16,064 nt of DNA from a virus. The DNA lies in the UHGV virus genome UHGV-0097682. One strand, given 5' to 3'. The position numbers and the translations under genes are program-made. The notes below the pieces were generated by a model. It searched no databases, had not been told where the DNA came from, and saw only the letters and a program-made list of their open reading frames with translations. Shown piece after piece: positions 1 to 8,311 of this stretch (position 1 is the first letter of the stretch; each line of letters begins with the position of its first letter).

Positions 1-1429
1 GTTCATACACAATGGTCGGGTCAATCCCGCCAGTATCCCAGCAGATACGGGATACCGACATTTCTGCACCATTCCGGCGGGTATAGGTTTTATTGATGGC
101 CTCATCCACACGCAGCAGCGTCTGTTCATCGTCGTGGCGACCCATAATAATCTGCCGGTCAATCAGCCAGCTTTCCTCACCCGGCCCCCATCCCCATACG
201 CGCATTTCGTAGCGGTCCAGCTGGGAGTCGATACCGGCGGTCAGGTAAGCCACACGGTCAGGAACGGGCGCTGAATAATGCTCTTTCCGCTCTGCCATCA
301 CTTCAGCATCCGGACGTTCGCCAATTTTCGCCTCCCACGTCTCACCGAGCGTGGTGTTTACGAAGGTTTTACGTTTTCCCGTATCCCCTTTCGTTTTCAT
401 CCAGTCTTTGACAATCTGCACCCAGGTGGTGAACGGGCTGTACGCCGTCCAGATGTGAAAGGTCACACTGTCCGGCGGCTCAATCTCTTCACCGGATGAC
501 GAAAACCAGAGAATGCCATCACGGGTCCAGATCCCGGTCTTTTCGCAGATATAACGGGCATCAGTAAAGTCCAGCTCCTGCTGGCGGATGACGCAGGCAT
601 TATGCTCGCAGAGATAAAACACGCTGGAGGGGTCATCCGGCGTCCATTTGAGGCCAAACGGCGTCTCTTTGTCGCCAAATTTAAGGTACTGCTCCTCCCC
701 GCAGTGCGGGCAGGCAACATGAAAACGCATAAAATGCGGGGATTCACTGGCTGCACGCTCAATCTGACAGGTGCCTCTCACTTTTGGCGTGGAGCCACGG
801 ATGGACTTTGGCCAGACCGAGCCTTCAATACGCTTGTCACCCAGGAACGTCGGAGAGCCTTCCTGTTCAATATCATCATCAAAAGCAGCAAGTTCATCAT
901 AACCCGCCACATCCACCGACTTTTCACGGTAGTTTTTTGCCGCTTTACCGCCCAGGCACCAGAAGCCACGCCCATTAGTGAAACGCTTCATGGTGAGCGT
1001 GTTATCCCGGTGCTTTTTGCCATACCACGGGGCCAGCGCCAGCAGCGACGGAATATCACGAATAGTCGGCTCAACGTGGGTTTTCATAAAGTTCTCGGCA
1101 TCACCATCCGTCGGCAACCAGATAAGGGTGTTGCGCTGCTTATGCTCTATGAAGTAGGCATAAACACCCAGCAGCATTTTGGAATAACCGACACGGGCAG
1201 ACTTCACCACATTCACCTCACGGATGTAGTCGCTGCCCATCGCATTCATGATGGCCCGCTGAAAGGGCAGTGTTTCCCAGCGCCCTTCCTGGTATGCGGA
1301 TTCTTTCGGGAGATAGTAATTGGCATCCGCCCATTCAACGGCGGTCTGTGGCTCCGGCCTGAACAGTGAGCGAAGCCCGGCGCGGACAAAATGCCGCAGC
1401 CTGTTAACCTGACTGTTCGATATATTCAC
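1..1429 (-). CDS. A: Terminase large subunit (lambda gpA-like), partial; C-terminal part lies beyond the window start
   Basis: Minus-strand frame is open from the window edge to a GTG start at 1427-1429 that overlaps the Nu1 stop by 26 nt. Translation begins MNISNSQVNRLRHF..., which I recognise as lambda gpA. Absent from the ORF track because it is partial. Confidence 0.92.
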   Translation of the reverse strand, partial: MNISNSQVNRLRHFVRAGLRSLFRPEPQTAVEWADANYYLPKESAYQEGRWETLPFQRAIMNAMGSDYIREVNVVKSARVGYSKMLLGVYAYFIEHKQRNTLIWLPTDGDAENFMKTHVEPTIRDIPSLLALAPWYGKKHRDNTLTMKRFTNGRGFWCLGGKAAKNYREKSVDVAGYDELAAFDDDIEQEGSPTFLGDKRIEGSVWPKSIRGSTPKVRGTCQIERAASESPHFMRFHVACPHCGEEQYLKFGDKETPFGLKWTPDDPSSVFYLCEHNACVIRQQELDFTDARYICEKTGIWTRDGILWFSSSGEEIEPPDSVTFHIWTAYSPFTTWVQIVKDWMKTKGDTGKRKTFVNTTLGETWEAKIGERPDAEVMAERKEHYSAPVPDRVAYLTAGIDSQLDRYEMRVWGWGPGEESWLIDRQIIMGRHDDEQTLLRVDEAINKTYTRRNGAEMSVSRICWDTGGIDPTIVYE

Positions 1430-1949
1430 TCAGCAACCCCGGTATCAGTTCATCCAGCGCGGCTGCTTTGTTCATGGCTTTGATGATATCCCGTTTCAGG
1501 AAATCAACATGTCGGTTTTCCAGTTCCGGAAAACGCCGCTGCACCGACAGGGGGATCCCGTCGAGAATACTGGCAATTTCACCTGCGATCCGCGACAGCA
1601 CGAAAGTACAGAATGCGGTTTCCACCACTTCAGCGGAGTCTCTGGCATTTTTCAGCTCCTGTGCGTCGGCCTGCGCACGCGTAAGTCGATGGCGTTCGTA
1701 CTCAATAGTCCCTGGCTGGAGATCTGTCTCGCTGGCCTGGCGCAGTTCTTCAACCTCCCGGCGCAGCTTTTCGTTCTCAATTTCAGCATCCCTTTCGGCA
1801 TACCATTTTATAACGGCGGCAGAGTCATAAAGCACCTCATTACCCTTGCCACCGCCTCGCAGAACGGGCATTCCCTGTTCCTGCCAGTTCTGAATGGTAC
1901 GGATACTCGCACCGAAAATGTCAGCCAGCTGCTTTTTGTTGACTTCCAT
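1404..1949 (-). CDS. nu1: Terminase small subunit (lambda Nu1-like), 181 aa
   Basis: Track ORF MEVNKKQLADIFGASIRTIQNWQEQGMPVLRGG...SEYIEQSG matches lambda Nu1 almost residue for residue by recollection. It sits immediately next to cos and overlaps the A start. Confidence 0.95.
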   Translation of the reverse strand: MEVNKKQLADIFGASIRTIQNWQEQGMPVLRGGGKGNEVLYDSAAVIKWYAERDAEIENEKLRREVEELRQASETDLQPGTIEYERHRLTRAQADAQELKNARDSAEVVETAFCTFVLSRIAGEIASILDGIPLSVQRRFPELENRHVDFLKRDIIKAMNKAAALDELIPGLLSEYIEQSG

Positions 1950-2126
1950 TGTTCATTCCACGGCCAAAAACAGAGAAAGGAAACGACAAAGGCCCAAAAG
2001 TTCGTTTTCAGCACCTGTCGTTTCCTTTCTTTTCAGGGGGTATTTTAAATAAAAACATTAAGTTACGACGAAGAAGAACGGAAACGCCTTAAACCGGAAA
2101 ATTTTCATAAATAGCGAAAACCCGCG

Positions 2127-2138
2127 AGGTCGCCGCCC
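2127..2138. other. cos: cosN cohesive-end site (12-nt lambda-type overhang sequence); cosB expected between here and Nu1, cosQ on the other side
   Basis: Plus strand reads aggtcgccgccc, the reverse complement of the lambda cohesive end GGGCGGCGACCT. The flanking sequence cgcgggttttcgctatttatgaaaattttccgg (reverse complement) matches the lambda left end by recollection. Confidence 0.85.
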
Positions 2139-2337
2139 CGTAACCTGTCGGATCGCCGGAAAGGACCCGCAAAATGATAATAATTATCATCTGCATGTCA
2201 CAACGTGCATCTACGCCATCAAACCACGTCAAATAATCAATTATGACGCAGGTATCGTATTAATTGATCTGCATCAACTTAACGTAAAAACAACTTCAGA
2301 CAATACAAATCATCGACACTGAATACAGGGCAACCTC

Positions 2338-2571
2338 ATGTCAACGAAGAACAGAACCCGCAGAACAACAACCCGCAACATCCGCTTTCCTAACCAAATG
2401 ATTGAACAAATTAACATCGCTCTTGTTCAAAAAGGGTCCGGGAATTTCTCAGCCTGGGTCATTGAAGCCTGCCGCCGGAGACTGTGCTCAGAAAAAAGAG
2501 TTTCGCCTGAAGCAAACAAAGAAAAGAGTGACATTACTGAATTGCTCAGAAAACAGGTCAGACCAGATTGA
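2338..2571 (+). CDS. Small basic hypothetical protein, possible ribbon-helix-helix DNA-binding fold; resembles a small lambda right-arm ORF
   Basis: Track ORF MSTKNRTRRTTTRNIRFPNQMIEQINIALVQKGSGNFSAWVIEACRRRL... has a basic N-terminus and an RHH-like segment. The N-terminal two thirds match a lambda right-end ORF as I remember it; the C-terminus differs. Confidence 0.55.
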   Translation: MSTKNRTRRTTTRNIRFPNQMIEQINIALVQKGSGNFSAWVIEACRRRLCSEKRVSPEANKEKSDITELLRKQVRPD

Positions 2572-2628
2572 AGCAATTTAGATAATCGTGCAGACTACGC
2601 CCCCTCATATCACATGGAAGGTACTACA

Positions 2629-3039
2629 ATGGCTCAGGTTGCCATTTTTAAACAAATATTCGATAAAGTGCGAAATAATTTAAACTATCACTGGTTTTAT
2701 TCTGAACTAAAACGTCACAATGTCTCACATTACATTTACTATTTAGCCACAGAGAATATTCATCTTGTTCTTGAAAACGATAATACGGTTTTAATAAAAG
2801 GACAGGGTAAGGTTGTAAATGTAAGATTTTCAAAAAATAAATGCCTTATAGAAGCCACCTTAAAAGGATTCAAATCAGGAGAGTTATCATTTTACGAATA
2901 CAGGAAAAATCTTGCTACAGCAGGGGTTTTCAGATGGATTACAAATATCCACGAAAACAAAAGGTATTACTATACCTTTGATAATTCATTACTCTTTACT
3001 GAGAACATTCAGAACACTACACAAATATTTCCGCACTAA
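2629..3039 (+). CDS. Hypothetical phage protein, AT-rich; resembles the lambda right-arm 'putative envelope protein' / E. coli YbcV-like family by recollection
   Basis: Track ORF 2614-3039. The likely true start is the ATG at 2629 ([11 protein letters not shown]...), preceded by ggaagg at 2616-2621. A hairpin at 3049-3085 lies just past the stop. Confidence 0.6.
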   Translation: MAQVAIFKQIFDKVRNNLNYHWFYSELKRHNVSHYIYYLATENIHLVLENDNTVLIKGQGKVVNVRFSKNKCLIEATLKGFKSGELSFYEYRKNLATAGVFRWITNIHENKRYYYTFDNSLLFTENIQNTTQIFPH

Positions 3040-3632
3040 ATCATAACGTCCGGTTTCTTCCGTGCCAGAACCGGACTCGCTGGCATGATGAAATATGTGT
3101 ACCCGGTAACCCCGGTGTGCATCGTTTTTGATTATTCCCGCACACTCGCGCAGAAGGAGTTCCCCGTCGGGCTACGGTCTCTGTTAATACGGGAATACGG
3201 CGACGATACAGCGCATGATGTGTCAGGCTTGAATACCTTTATCCTTTAAAAGGGATATCAGTTAAGTTATCCCGTGTAGGGTATAAGCCATTATCAAAGC
3301 CACTCTGTAGGGAATGGCTTTTGTGATGGCATCACTTACTCTTTACGCTGCTATCCCACTCATCCCGGAATTTTGATGGGTTATTGAAACCTTCTGCTGA
3401 CATAACAACTCCTTCAATGTTTGGCTGAAATTAGGATGTCTTTCCATCAGTCCGCCACCACAAAGAATCTTTTTTGCCATAAGGCAGGAGGTTCATCTTT
3501 CAGTGGCTGCCGGTGTTATTTCCCCACTTACTGGCTTGGGTTGTTTCGTGGTACTGCCGTTAACTGGTGGCCCAGAATAAATTCCGGTTTCATTATCAAG
3601 CCCACCCGTAGATAGGCTTTGTAATGACATCT

Positions 3633-4157
3633 TCAATTAATCAGCAGTTCAGGCTGTGTCACCTGCAAGATGTATTCATGCTCGACAGCCAGGACACGCT
3701 TCTCTTTCTTCCGTTCGTTCATTAACCGACTGCCGATCGTACCTTTCAGCTTTGAGCGTGTTTCTTTGATGGCGTAGCGGTGCTGCATTTCTTCGCCAAT
3801 TGCCATGCGGCGGCTCAGTTGCTCTGCCATCCAGTTGAATGCTGCGATATAGCTCTCCTTGATTGCCGCAGCAGCTTTCCCGGTGAACCCCATCACAACC
3901 ATGATCCAGCCATCTTTCGTCAGGCTGTACATCGGGCGAACCTTGCCCTGCTCATCGATATAATCAGCCGACGCAAAATTGCGTTGGCTAAACTCACGCG
4001 AGCAATCAGCCTTAACCTGCTCGATTTTCCTGAGAACATCACCGTGTCGCTTGCCGAAGTACTTGGCAATTTTTCTGGATGTGGTAACGACCTCTCCGTT
4101 TTTGGCTTGCACCATTTCTCGGAAGTCGAAGGCTGGAATAACTGAATGATTATTCAT
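3633..4157 (-). CDS. Rha-family phage regulatory protein (antirepressor-like)
   Basis: Track ORF 3633-4193 begins at a GTG. The internal ATG at 4155-4157 (MNNHSVIPAFDFREMVQAKNGEVVTTSRKIAKYFGKRHGDVLRKIEQV...) is the more likely start. The N-terminal region looks like the Rha/phage-regulatory domain family. Confidence 0.6.
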   Translation of the reverse strand: MNNHSVIPAFDFREMVQAKNGEVVTTSRKIAKYFGKRHGDVLRKIEQVKADCSREFSQRNFASADYIDEQGKVRPMYSLTKDGWIMVVMGFTGKAAAAIKESYIAAFNWMAEQLSRRMAIGEEMQHRYAIKETRSKLKGTIGSRLMNERKKEKRVLAVEHEYILQVTQPELLIN

Positions 4158-4299
4158 AGCGTCTTTACCTTTTAGAAAGTGAGCCTGTCTCACAGAAAAG
4201 CCGCCCGAGAGAGGTCGCCACCTATAACGGCATTTCTCAGGCTCGCTTACTGAAAGGCTCTCGTTAATATGCGCGTGAGATGCGCTGTGAAATTCAGAT

Positions 4300-4324
4300 A
4301 TAAAAAGCCCCGCGAATGCGAGGC
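4300..4324 (-). terminator. Probable rho-independent terminator downstream of the lysis cassette
   Basis: Minus-strand RNA gccucgcauucgcggggc forms a GC-rich stem (one G-U pair) followed by uuuuuauau. It lies between the Rz stop and the Rha start. Confidence 0.4.
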
Positions 4325-4498
4325 TAAATCCTGGTATTTGTAATGACTGGCTCTTATCTCAACGCAGCCCCTTACCGCGCGCAAGATGCTCAATATCAAG
4401 CATCAGCAATGAGATGTTTAATCTGGATTCACTCCAGAAGTGATCACCATCCTGTCTACAGAGCCAGATGTGAAGGATGATGAGTAAAATTATCGCTA

Positions 4499-4966
4499 TC
4501 ATCGAAGGCATTGCGTCCTGATGTATTCCTGAAGCGTTCTCAGTGCTGTTTGGTCGCGGATAATTCCGTCCCGGATACCGAGAACGTTTCGTCCAGCAAC
4601 TGGAGAGAGTTCGACGGTGGCATCATTGCCCATGCCGGAGGCGCTGGAGGTTTCGGCTGAGGATGGCACAGGGCATTTTCCTTTGACGAGCACCCTGCCA
4701 CCATTATCAAGCTTGCGCCGAAGAGCATCATTTTCAGCTTTCGCATCAGCTAACTCCTTCGTGTATTTAGCATCGAGTGCATCAGCAGCACGCTGGCGTC
4801 GCTGCATGTCAGTAATGGTGGCGGCCGCCTGCTTCAGCTCACTGACTTTTTTATCACGCTGTTCTTTGTAGGCGATGGCGTTATCACGGTAATGATTAAC
4901 AGCCCATGACAGGCAGACGATGATGCAGATAACCAGAGCAGAGATAATCGCGGTGACTCTGCTCAT
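4499..4966 (-). CDS. Rz: Rz i-spanin (inner-membrane spanin subunit)
   Basis: Track [34 protein letters not shown]... The first ~30 residues are lambda Rz-like with an N-terminal TM segment; the C-terminal half diverges from lambda. Its ATG overlaps the R stop (ATGA). Confidence 0.9.
   Translation of the reverse strand: MSRVTAIISALVICIIVCLSWAVNHYRDNAIAYKEQRDKKVSELKQAAATITDMQRRQRAADALDAKYTKELADAKAENDALRRKLDNGGRVLVKGKCPVPSSAETSSASGMGNDATVELSPVAGRNVLGIRDGIIRDQTALRTLQEYIRTQCLR
4540..4746 (-). CDS. Rz1: Rz1 o-spanin (outer-membrane lipoprotein), embedded in the +1 frame of Rz
   Basis: Track [25 protein letters not shown]... has a signal peptide with lipobox VAGC and a Pro-rich segment ([16 protein letters not shown]). 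It is wholly embedded within Rz, as in lambda. Confidence 0.75.
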   Translation of the reverse strand: MRKLKMMLFGASLIMVAGCSSKENALCHPQPKPPAPPAWAMMPPSNSLQLLDETFSVSGTELSATKQH

Positions 4967-5439
4967 ACCTCAATCTCTCTGACCGTTCCGCCAGCCTCTT
5001 TGAATTTTGCAATCAGGCTGTCAGCCTTATGCTCGAACTGACCATAACCAGCCCCCGGCAGTGAAGCCCAGATGTTGCTGCAACGGTCGATAGCCTGACG
5101 GATATCACCGCGATCAATCATCGGCAAAGCGCCACGTTCCTTAATCTGCTGCAGCGCAACAGCGTCCTGGCTTTTGGGAGAGAAGTCTTTCAGGCCAAGC
5201 TGCTTACGATAGGCATCCCACCAACGGGAAAGAAGCTGGTAACGTCCGGCTGCTGTTGATTTGAGTTTGGGGTTTAGCGTGACAAGTTTGCGAGGGTGAT
5301 CGGAGTAATCAGTGAATAGCTCTCCGCCTACAATGACGTCATAACCGTGATTTCTGGTTTTCTGCCGTCCGTTATCTGTTCCTTCTGACCACGCCAGCAT
5401 ATCGAGGAACGCCTTACGTTGATTATTGATTTCCACCAT
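4963..5439 (-). CDS. R: Endolysin R (lambda-type lytic transglycosylase), 158 aa
   Basis: Track [52 protein letters not shown]... is near-identical to lambda R by recollection. Confidence 0.95.
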   Translation of the reverse strand: MVEINNQRKAFLDMLAWSEGTDNGRQKTRNHGYDVIVGGELFTDYSDHPRKLVTLNPKLKSTAAGRYQLLSRWWDAYRKQLGLKDFSPKSQDAVALQQIKERGALPMIDRGDIRQAIDRCSNIWASLPGAGYGQFEHKADSLIAKFKEAGGTVREIEV

Positions 5440-5746
5440 CTTCTACTCCGGCTTTTTTAGCAGCGAAGCGTTTGATAAGCGAACCAATCGAGTCAGTACC
5501 GATGTAGCCGATGAACACGCTCGTTATATAAGCGAGATTGCTACTTAGTCCGGCGAAGTCGAGAAGGTCACGAATGAACCAGGCGATAATGGCGCACATC
5601 GTTGCGTCGATTACTGTTTTTGTAAACGCACCGCCATTATATCTGCCGCGAAGGTACACCATTGCAAACGCAAGGATTGCCCCGATGCCTTGTTCCTTTG
5701 CCGCGAGAATGGCGGCTAACAGGTCATGTTTTTCTGGCATCTTCAT
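5423..5746 (-). CDS. S: Holin S (class I, lambda S107/S105 dual-start type), 107 aa
   Basis: Track [32 protein letters not shown]... is near-identical to lambda S. The Met1-Lys2-Met3 dual-start motif is present. Confidence 0.95.
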   Translation of the reverse strand: MKMPEKHDLLAAILAAKEQGIGAILAFAMVYLRGRYNGGAFTKTVIDATMCAIIAWFIRDLLDFAGLSSNLAYITSVFIGYIGTDSIGSLIKRFAAKKAGVEDGGNQ

Positions 5747-5988
5747 GTCTTACCCCCAATAAGGGGATTTGCTCTATTTAATTAGGAATAAGGTCTATTA
5801 CTGATAGAACAAATCCAGGCTACTGTGTTTAGTAATCAGATTTGTTCGTGACCGATATGCACGGGCAAAACGGCAGGAGGTTGTTAGCGCAGCCTCTTGC
5901 CACCCGCTTTCACGAAGGTCATGTGTAGAAGGCCGCAGCGTAACTATCACTGATGAGTTCAGGATAGCCAGTGGCTACGGCTCAGTTA

Positions 5989-6064
5989 TGGTGCTGGTTA
6001 ACGGACTTGAACCGCTACCCATTCGCTTACAAGGCGACCGCTCTACCATTGGAGCTAAACCAGC
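5989..6064 (-). tRNA. tRNA, anticodon read as UGU (Thr); 76 nt with encoded CCA
   Basis: Minus-strand sequence GCTGGTT-TA-GCTC-CAATGGTA-GAGC-G-GTCGC-CTTGTAA-GCGAA-TGGGT-AGCGG-TTCAAGT-CCGTT-AACCAGC-A-CCA folds by hand into a canonical cloverleaf. The acceptor stem is a perfect 7 bp; the D-loop has GG and the T-loop is TTCAAGT. The anticodon stem has one mismatch. Confidence 0.6.
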
Positions 6065-6069
6065 ATATT

Positions 6070-6144
6070 TGGCGGGACAGCGTGGACTCGAACCACGATA
6101 AGAAGGTTAACAGCCTTCCGTAATGACCTTTATACGACTGACCC
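6070..6144 (-). tRNA. tRNA-like gene, anticodon read as GUU (Asn); 75 nt with encoded CCA
   Basis: Minus-strand sequence GGGTCAG-TC-GTAT-AAAGGTCA-TTAC-G-GAAGG-CTGTTAA-CCTTC-TTAT-CGTGG-TTCGAGT-CCACG-CTGTCCC-G-CCA. The anticodon and T arms are perfect. The acceptor stem has one T-T mismatch and the D-stem is only 3 bp, so it may be partly degenerate. Confidence 0.5.
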
Positions 6145-6145
6145 A

Positions 6146-6207
6146 AATAAAAAATCCCGAAACCGTTGTGCAGGCTCTAACTATTACCTGCGAACTGTTT
6201 CGGGATT
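6146..6207 (-). terminator. tR' terminator (end of the short pR' leader transcript, lambda 6S RNA equivalent)
   Basis: Minus strand reads aucccgaaac...guuucgggau followed by uuuuuuau, a long GC-containing stem with a U-run. It lies about 190 nt downstream of the predicted pR' start, matching the lambda arrangement. Confidence 0.7.
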
Positions 6208-6339
6208 GCATTTTGCAGACCTCTCAGCCTGCGATGGTTGGAGTTCCAGACGATACGTCGAAGTGACCAACTAGGCGGAATCGGTAGTAAGCGCCGCCTC
6301 TTTTCATCTCACTACCACAACGAGCGAATTAACCCATCG

Positions 6340-6376
6340 TTGGGTCAAATTTACCCAACTTTATTCAAAAAGTCAA
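6340..6376 (-). promoter_or_regulatory. Late promoter pR' with expected qut site (Q-utilisation)
   Basis: Minus strand has TTGACT (-35; plus-strand 6371-6376), a 17-nt spacer and TAAATT (-10; plus-strand 6348-6353), immediately downstream of the Q stop. The sequence matches lambda pR' by recollection. Confidence 0.7.
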
Positions 6377-6418
6377 TATTATGCCGTTAATATGTTGCCA
6401 TCCGTGGCAATCATGCTG

Positions 6419-7042
6419 TTAACGTGTGACCGCATTCAAAATGTTGTCTGCGATTGACTCTTCTTTGTGGCATTGCACCACCAGAGCGTCATACAGCGGC
6501 TTAACAGTGCGTGACCAGGTGGGTTGAGTAAGGTTTGGGATTAGCATCGTTACAGCGCGATATGCGGCGCTTGCTGGCATTCTTGAATAGCCGACACCTT
6601 TGCATCTTCCGCACTCTTTCTCAACAACTCTCCCCCACTGCTCTGTTTTGGCTATATCAACCGCACGGCCTGTACCGTGGCAATCTCTGCATCTTGCGCC
6701 CGGCGTCGCGGCACTACGGCAATAATCCGCATAAGCGAATGTTGCGAGCACTTGCAGTACCTTTGCCTTAGTATTTCCTTCAAGCTTTGCAACGCCACGG
6801 TATTTCCCCGATACCTTGTGTGCAAATTGCATCAGATAGTTGATAGCCTTTTGTTTGTCGTTCTGGCTGAGTTCGTGCTTACCACAGAATGCAGCCATTC
6901 CGAATCCGGCTTGTGATTGCGCCATCCCCATAGCAGCCATCACATCAGTACCGGAAAGAGAGTCAGAAGCCGTAGCCCGTGGTGAGTCGCTCATCATCGG
7001 GCTTTTTGGCGAATGAAATTTAGCTGCGCTTTCGAGTCTCAT
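6419..7042 (-). CDS. Q: Late-gene antiterminator Q (lambda-type), 207 aa
   Basis: Track ORF MRLESAAKFHSPKSPMMSDSPRATASDSLSG... is near-identical to lambda Q. The zinc-binding Cys cluster (CRDCHGTG...CGRCKG) is present. Confidence 0.95.
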   Translation of the reverse strand: MRLESAAKFHSPKSPMMSDSPRATASDSLSGTDVMAAMGMAQSQAGFGMAAFCGKHELSQNDKQKAINYLMQFAHKVSGKYRGVAKLEGNTKAKVLQVLATFAYADYCRSAATPGARCRDCHGTGRAVDIAKTEQWGRVVEKECGRCKGVGYSRMPASAAYRAVTMLIPNLTQPTWSRTVKPLYDALVVQCHKEESIADNILNAVTR

Positions 7043-7227
7043 GGCCTTCCCCTTTTGCCCTGTTTGACCATCAGGACGCCGTTAACTATTACGTGACGCT
7101 CGCCTTTGCTGTCTCGGTTGTACTTGAGCACTGTTCCTCTTGCGCAGGAAAGCATCCTTGCCACTTCGGTCTGATTGCCTCGTGTCTGGATAAGAAGCTC
7201 TGGTATCGTTTGAATTGTGGCGTTCAT
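7039..7227 (-). CDS. ninH: NinH-like small protein
   Basis: Track ORF MNATIQTIPELLIQTRGNQTEVARMLSCARGTVLKYNRDSKG... resembles lambda NinH (TIPDML..GNQTEVARRL..SRGTVRKY). It overlaps the Q start and the RusA stop (ATGA). Confidence 0.7.
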   Translation of the reverse strand: MNATIQTIPELLIQTRGNQTEVARMLSCARGTVLKYNRDSKGERHVIVNGVLMVKQGKRGRP

Positions 7228-7586
7228 GCGTTCTCCAGTTCGGTGATTTTTATTCCAAGCCTTCCGCCTGGTACTTTCACGCCACGAATTACGCGAATGT
7301 CATCGAATTGCTCGTCGTCTTCCGCAAATCCGGCGTGGATAAGGGAGTCGAGTAAACCTTTCAGGATGTTGTCGAGGTCGCGACGGCGGGAGTCCGGAAC
7401 GTCTACGATGACTTTGATGCGGAGTCGTGATTTGGTGAAAATGTCTAACTTAAGTTGGCGGATGATTTGCTGAACGTCTTTTCGGTATTTCTGGCCTTTA
7501 TCGCTGATGTAGTATTGGCTTCCCCGTCTTCGCCAGTAGGTGTTCAGCGACGGCGGGTATGGAAGCACAAACTGATATTCGTTCAT
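7224..7586 (-). CDS. rusA: RusA-family Holliday-junction resolvase, 120 aa
   Basis: Track ORF MNEYQFVLPYPPSLNTYW...RRRDLDNILKGLLDSLIHAGFAEDDEQFDDIRVIRG... has the same length and conserved acidic motif (RRRDLDN) as E. coli DLP12 RusA. Confidence 0.85.
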   Translation of the reverse strand: MNEYQFVLPYPPSLNTYWRRRGSQYYISDKGQKYRKDVQQIIRQLKLDIFTKSRLRIKVIVDVPDSRRRDLDNILKGLLDSLIHAGFAEDDEQFDDIRVIRGVKVPGGRLGIKITELENA

Positions 7587-7873
7587 GGTTTAATCTTCCC
7601 CTCCTTCAGCAGTATCGCCTGCGTCCTGATCACGCCTTCGAGGTGGTAAAGTCTGGCGTCTTTGTTGTCGAGATTATGGGTGCGTCGGTCGATTTCATCG
7701 TGACACGCGCTACAAGCCCATGCGCCGATCAGGTCGTCAGGCTTCATTCCAGTTCCGCAAATTCCAGCCATCCGGTAATGTGCCAGAACTGTAGTTTCAG
7801 GATTACCATTGCATATTCCGTAAATACGTACCTGGCATTCTCTGCCGCGTGCTTCTTTGCGTAGGTTAGCCAT
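7583..7873 (-). CDS. Cys-rich nin-region protein (YbcO/DUF1364-like, putative nuclease)
   Basis: Track ORF of 96 aa with several Cys and His (CQVRIYGICNG...CGTG...CSACHDEID). It sits directly upstream of rusA, as ybcO does in DLP12. Family assignment is from memory. Confidence 0.6.
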   Translation of the reverse strand: MANLRKEARGRECQVRIYGICNGNPETTVLAHYRMAGICGTGMKPDDLIGAWACSACHDEIDRRTHNLDNKDARLYHLEGVIRTQAILLKEGKIKP

Positions 7874-8142
7874 TATGGTTCACTCCAGTAATTCTCAATT
7901 GCAGCAGCCATTCTCTGCATCCACTCAGCCAGCTTTAACGCAGCTTCTCTTTCAGAACCACATTTAGGGAAATCCTTCATTTCCATGCTGGCCTTATATG
8001 TTCTGAATGCCAGGTCTCCGGTAATAACCAACTCCTGATCAAGCACCGAGCGTTTATTCCGGTGTTGAACGTAATAGACAGATTCAGTCCGCATTTCTTC
8101 TCTGTCTTTTTTGAAGGAAATAAGCTCAGAGAAATCACTCAT
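7873..8142 (-). CDS. Hypothetical nin-region protein, 89 aa
   Basis: Track ORF. It is translationally coupled at both ends: its ATG overlaps the NinF stop, and its stop shares 1 nt with the next gene's start. Confidence 0.5.
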   Translation of the reverse strand: MSDFSELISFKKDREEMRTESVYYVQHRNKRSVLDQELVITGDLAFRTYKASMEMKDFPKCGSEREAALKLAEWMQRMAAAIENYWSEP

Positions 8143-8311
8143 CGTCTTCTTCCTCGTACATTGAGCTATTCGGATCGCTCATCAGTTCTGCGCAGCAATC
8201 GGAGCACACGTGAACTTCAAGCACATGCAGCTTCTGACCGCAGTTAGCGCACGTTAATGCCCGCTCGACGCTTTCTTTCTGGTATTGAAGGGATTGGGAT
8301 GGGCTAAGCAT
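8135..8311 (-). CDS. ninF: NinF-like protein, 58 aa
   Basis: Not in the track (under 60 aa). Hand translation gives [58 protein letters not shown], near-identical to lambda NinF by recollection. Confidence 0.75.
   Translation of the reverse strand: MLSPSQSLQYQKESVERALTCANCGQKLHVLEVHVCSDCCAELMSDPNSSMYEEEDDE

Noticed and set aside
278-1369. Plus-strand track ORFs 278-499 and 602-1369, minus-strand ORF 463-762 and the small ORFs at 778-978
   Set aside because: All lie inside the minus-strand terminase large-subunit gene, whose translation matches lambda gpA. They are alternative-frame or antisense ORFs with no independent support.
1468-2048. Plus-strand ORFs 1468-1830 and 1509-2048, and minus-strand ORF 1808-2014
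   Set aside because: They overlap Nu1 in other frames or on the other strand, and extend across the cos region. Nu1 identity is clear, so these are spurious.
2173-2190. Near-perfect palindrome tgataataattatca next to cos
   Set aside because: Probably part of the conserved cos-flanking sequence (a similar sequence is present at the lambda right end), not a novel regulatory element. I could not assign it a separate function.
3421-4145. Plus-strand ORFs 3421-3615 and 3780-4145
   Set aside because: The first lies in the non-coding convergent region with no start context. The second is antisense to the Rha-like gene.
4617-4871. Plus-strand ORF antisense to Rz/Rz1
   Set aside because: Antisense to a well-supported spanin pair; Ala/Ser-rich composition typical of GC-skewed antisense frames.
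5538-5762. Plus-strand ORF antisense to holin S
   Set aside because: Antisense to the lambda-identical S gene.
6535-7473. Plus-strand ORFs 6535-6771, 6677-6916 and 7093-7473
   Set aside because: Antisense to Q, NinH and RusA.
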